DNA of 64,000 nt from Callorhinchus milii (Eukaryota). Positions 62,771 to 64,000 of this stretch are shown here, piece after piece (position 1 is the first letter of the stretch; each line of letters opens with the position of its first letter). The position numbers and the translations under genes were made by a program. Below the pieces are notes generated by a model. The model was given only the letters and a program-made list of their open reading frames with translations. It made no database searches and was not told the origin of the DNA. The stretch covers positions 10,480,001-10,544,000 of the forward strand of contig NW_024704743.1 in assembly GCF_018977255.1 (NCBI RefSeq), given 5' to 3'.

Positions 62771-63009
62771 GGTGTCCTGTAGCTTAGTGGTTAGAGCACT
62801 TGCCTCGCAAAGCGAGAGGACCTGGTTTCAATTCCTGAGCAGGGCGAAATGTTGGGCAGTTTGCTTACTCCACATGCCTCTGTTCACGTTACAGTTGTTA
62901 GTCGATTGGCAAATCTTTTTTCCGGGGTAATAATCCCTTAAAAAAATAATAACTTTGTCACTCAATCCTCAACTGTTTGTGGGACACTGGTATGCGCAAT
63001 TGGCTGCCG
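62771..63009 (+). mobile_element. tRNA-headed SINE, long form, 3'-truncated
   Basis: ggtgtcctgtagcttagtggttagagcac...ttggctgccg, then unrelated sequence. Confidence 0.85.
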
Positions 63010-64000
63010 AGAAGACGAAAGGAAGGGAGGAAGGAAAACTGCTTCATCTGTCAAGTGAGAATTTAGGCAAATAAACATGTGTTGGAAATGCTCAAGGTAG
63101 GGCTGGTATTGTGTCAATCTCTGCGGATTCTGAGCTGGATTGTTGGATAGCTGGTAAAAGCCACCAGACTAGAATTTGGTGTTTAGCTTGCAGTTTTGGC
63201 TATTGTATTATCTCTGAAACCCAGATGAGTTTGCGCTTTCAATTAACTCACAATTCGGGGAATTTGTTTGGATTCTTGTGGTGCATGTGAACCGTCTGAA
63301 TTACATTACTAATCCTGTTTGCCAACTTTTTGGTTTTTGACACAACAGTCCAACCTTATGCTATTGCTAGTGCACATGAATGAAGCCACTGTTCTGCACT
63401 TATCCGCTGATAAGGAACAAGATCAGTGCTTTGTTATATTATTGCTGTGTTATTTCCATTGTGATGTTGAATTAATAAATATCTACCATATCTACATTTG
63501 CCTTCAAAATACATAGTAGTACACTTTCGAGTAAATGTTACTTTGAGACGTCCTCCCAATGAGGAGTGATACCAAATGTAGGGATCATTATTATTGTTTA
63601 TTATTATCTCAAATTTTATTCCAGAGCCTCTTTAAAAAGTGATGCCAAATAAAATTCAAGTATTTGGTCAGGTTAAGGCAATAGGATTCTTTATCAAAAA
63701 GTGTTCTTTTGTGTCCTGAAGAAGTTAAGCTCCCCTTTAAAAAGTAAAAGGCAATTAAGAAAGCCAACAAAATAGAAGGAGCCAGGCTGCAGCTTTATGG
63801 ATGGATGATTGGAGGGAAACTGAGATTGGTGGAATTACTCATTACAGCAGTATTGTAGATAGAGAATCATTACAGAATTGCTGTTACAATTGGCTTCAGC
63901 AACATTGGTGAGGAGGGTAAAAACAGCCAGTGGTCAAATACGCTGTGACACTCACTGAAAAGGTCCGCTTGTATTGGTGTCAGCCTGGCTCAATTGGTAA

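Overview
This is repeat-dense vertebrate genomic DNA, most likely from a cartilaginous fish (possibly a holocephalan). That assignment is an inference from the repeats: CR1 and L2 LINEs, Deu-domain SINEs, LF-SINE-like relics and a young tRNA-headed SINE with an L2-type tail. No known host gene can be identified with confidence, and most ORFs in the track are TE-derived or spurious. The best-supported structures are: (1) a 2.85-kb internally deleted Helitron with both canonical termini (47228-50075, minus); (2) a 2314-bp tandem duplication whose middle L2 copy is a mosaic of the two flanking L2 copies, pointing to unequal crossover or a false assembly duplication; (3) a near full-length CR1 (about 42840-47153) and several nested LINE-in-LINE insertions; (4) a SINE/L2 pair with a shared 3' end; (5) several short local duplications and palindromes. 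A speculative minus-strand three-exon model (34024->20793) would encode a 67-aa signal-peptide-bearing protein; it needs RNA-seq or conservation support. Repeat boundaries were read by eye and are approximate unless stated otherwise.
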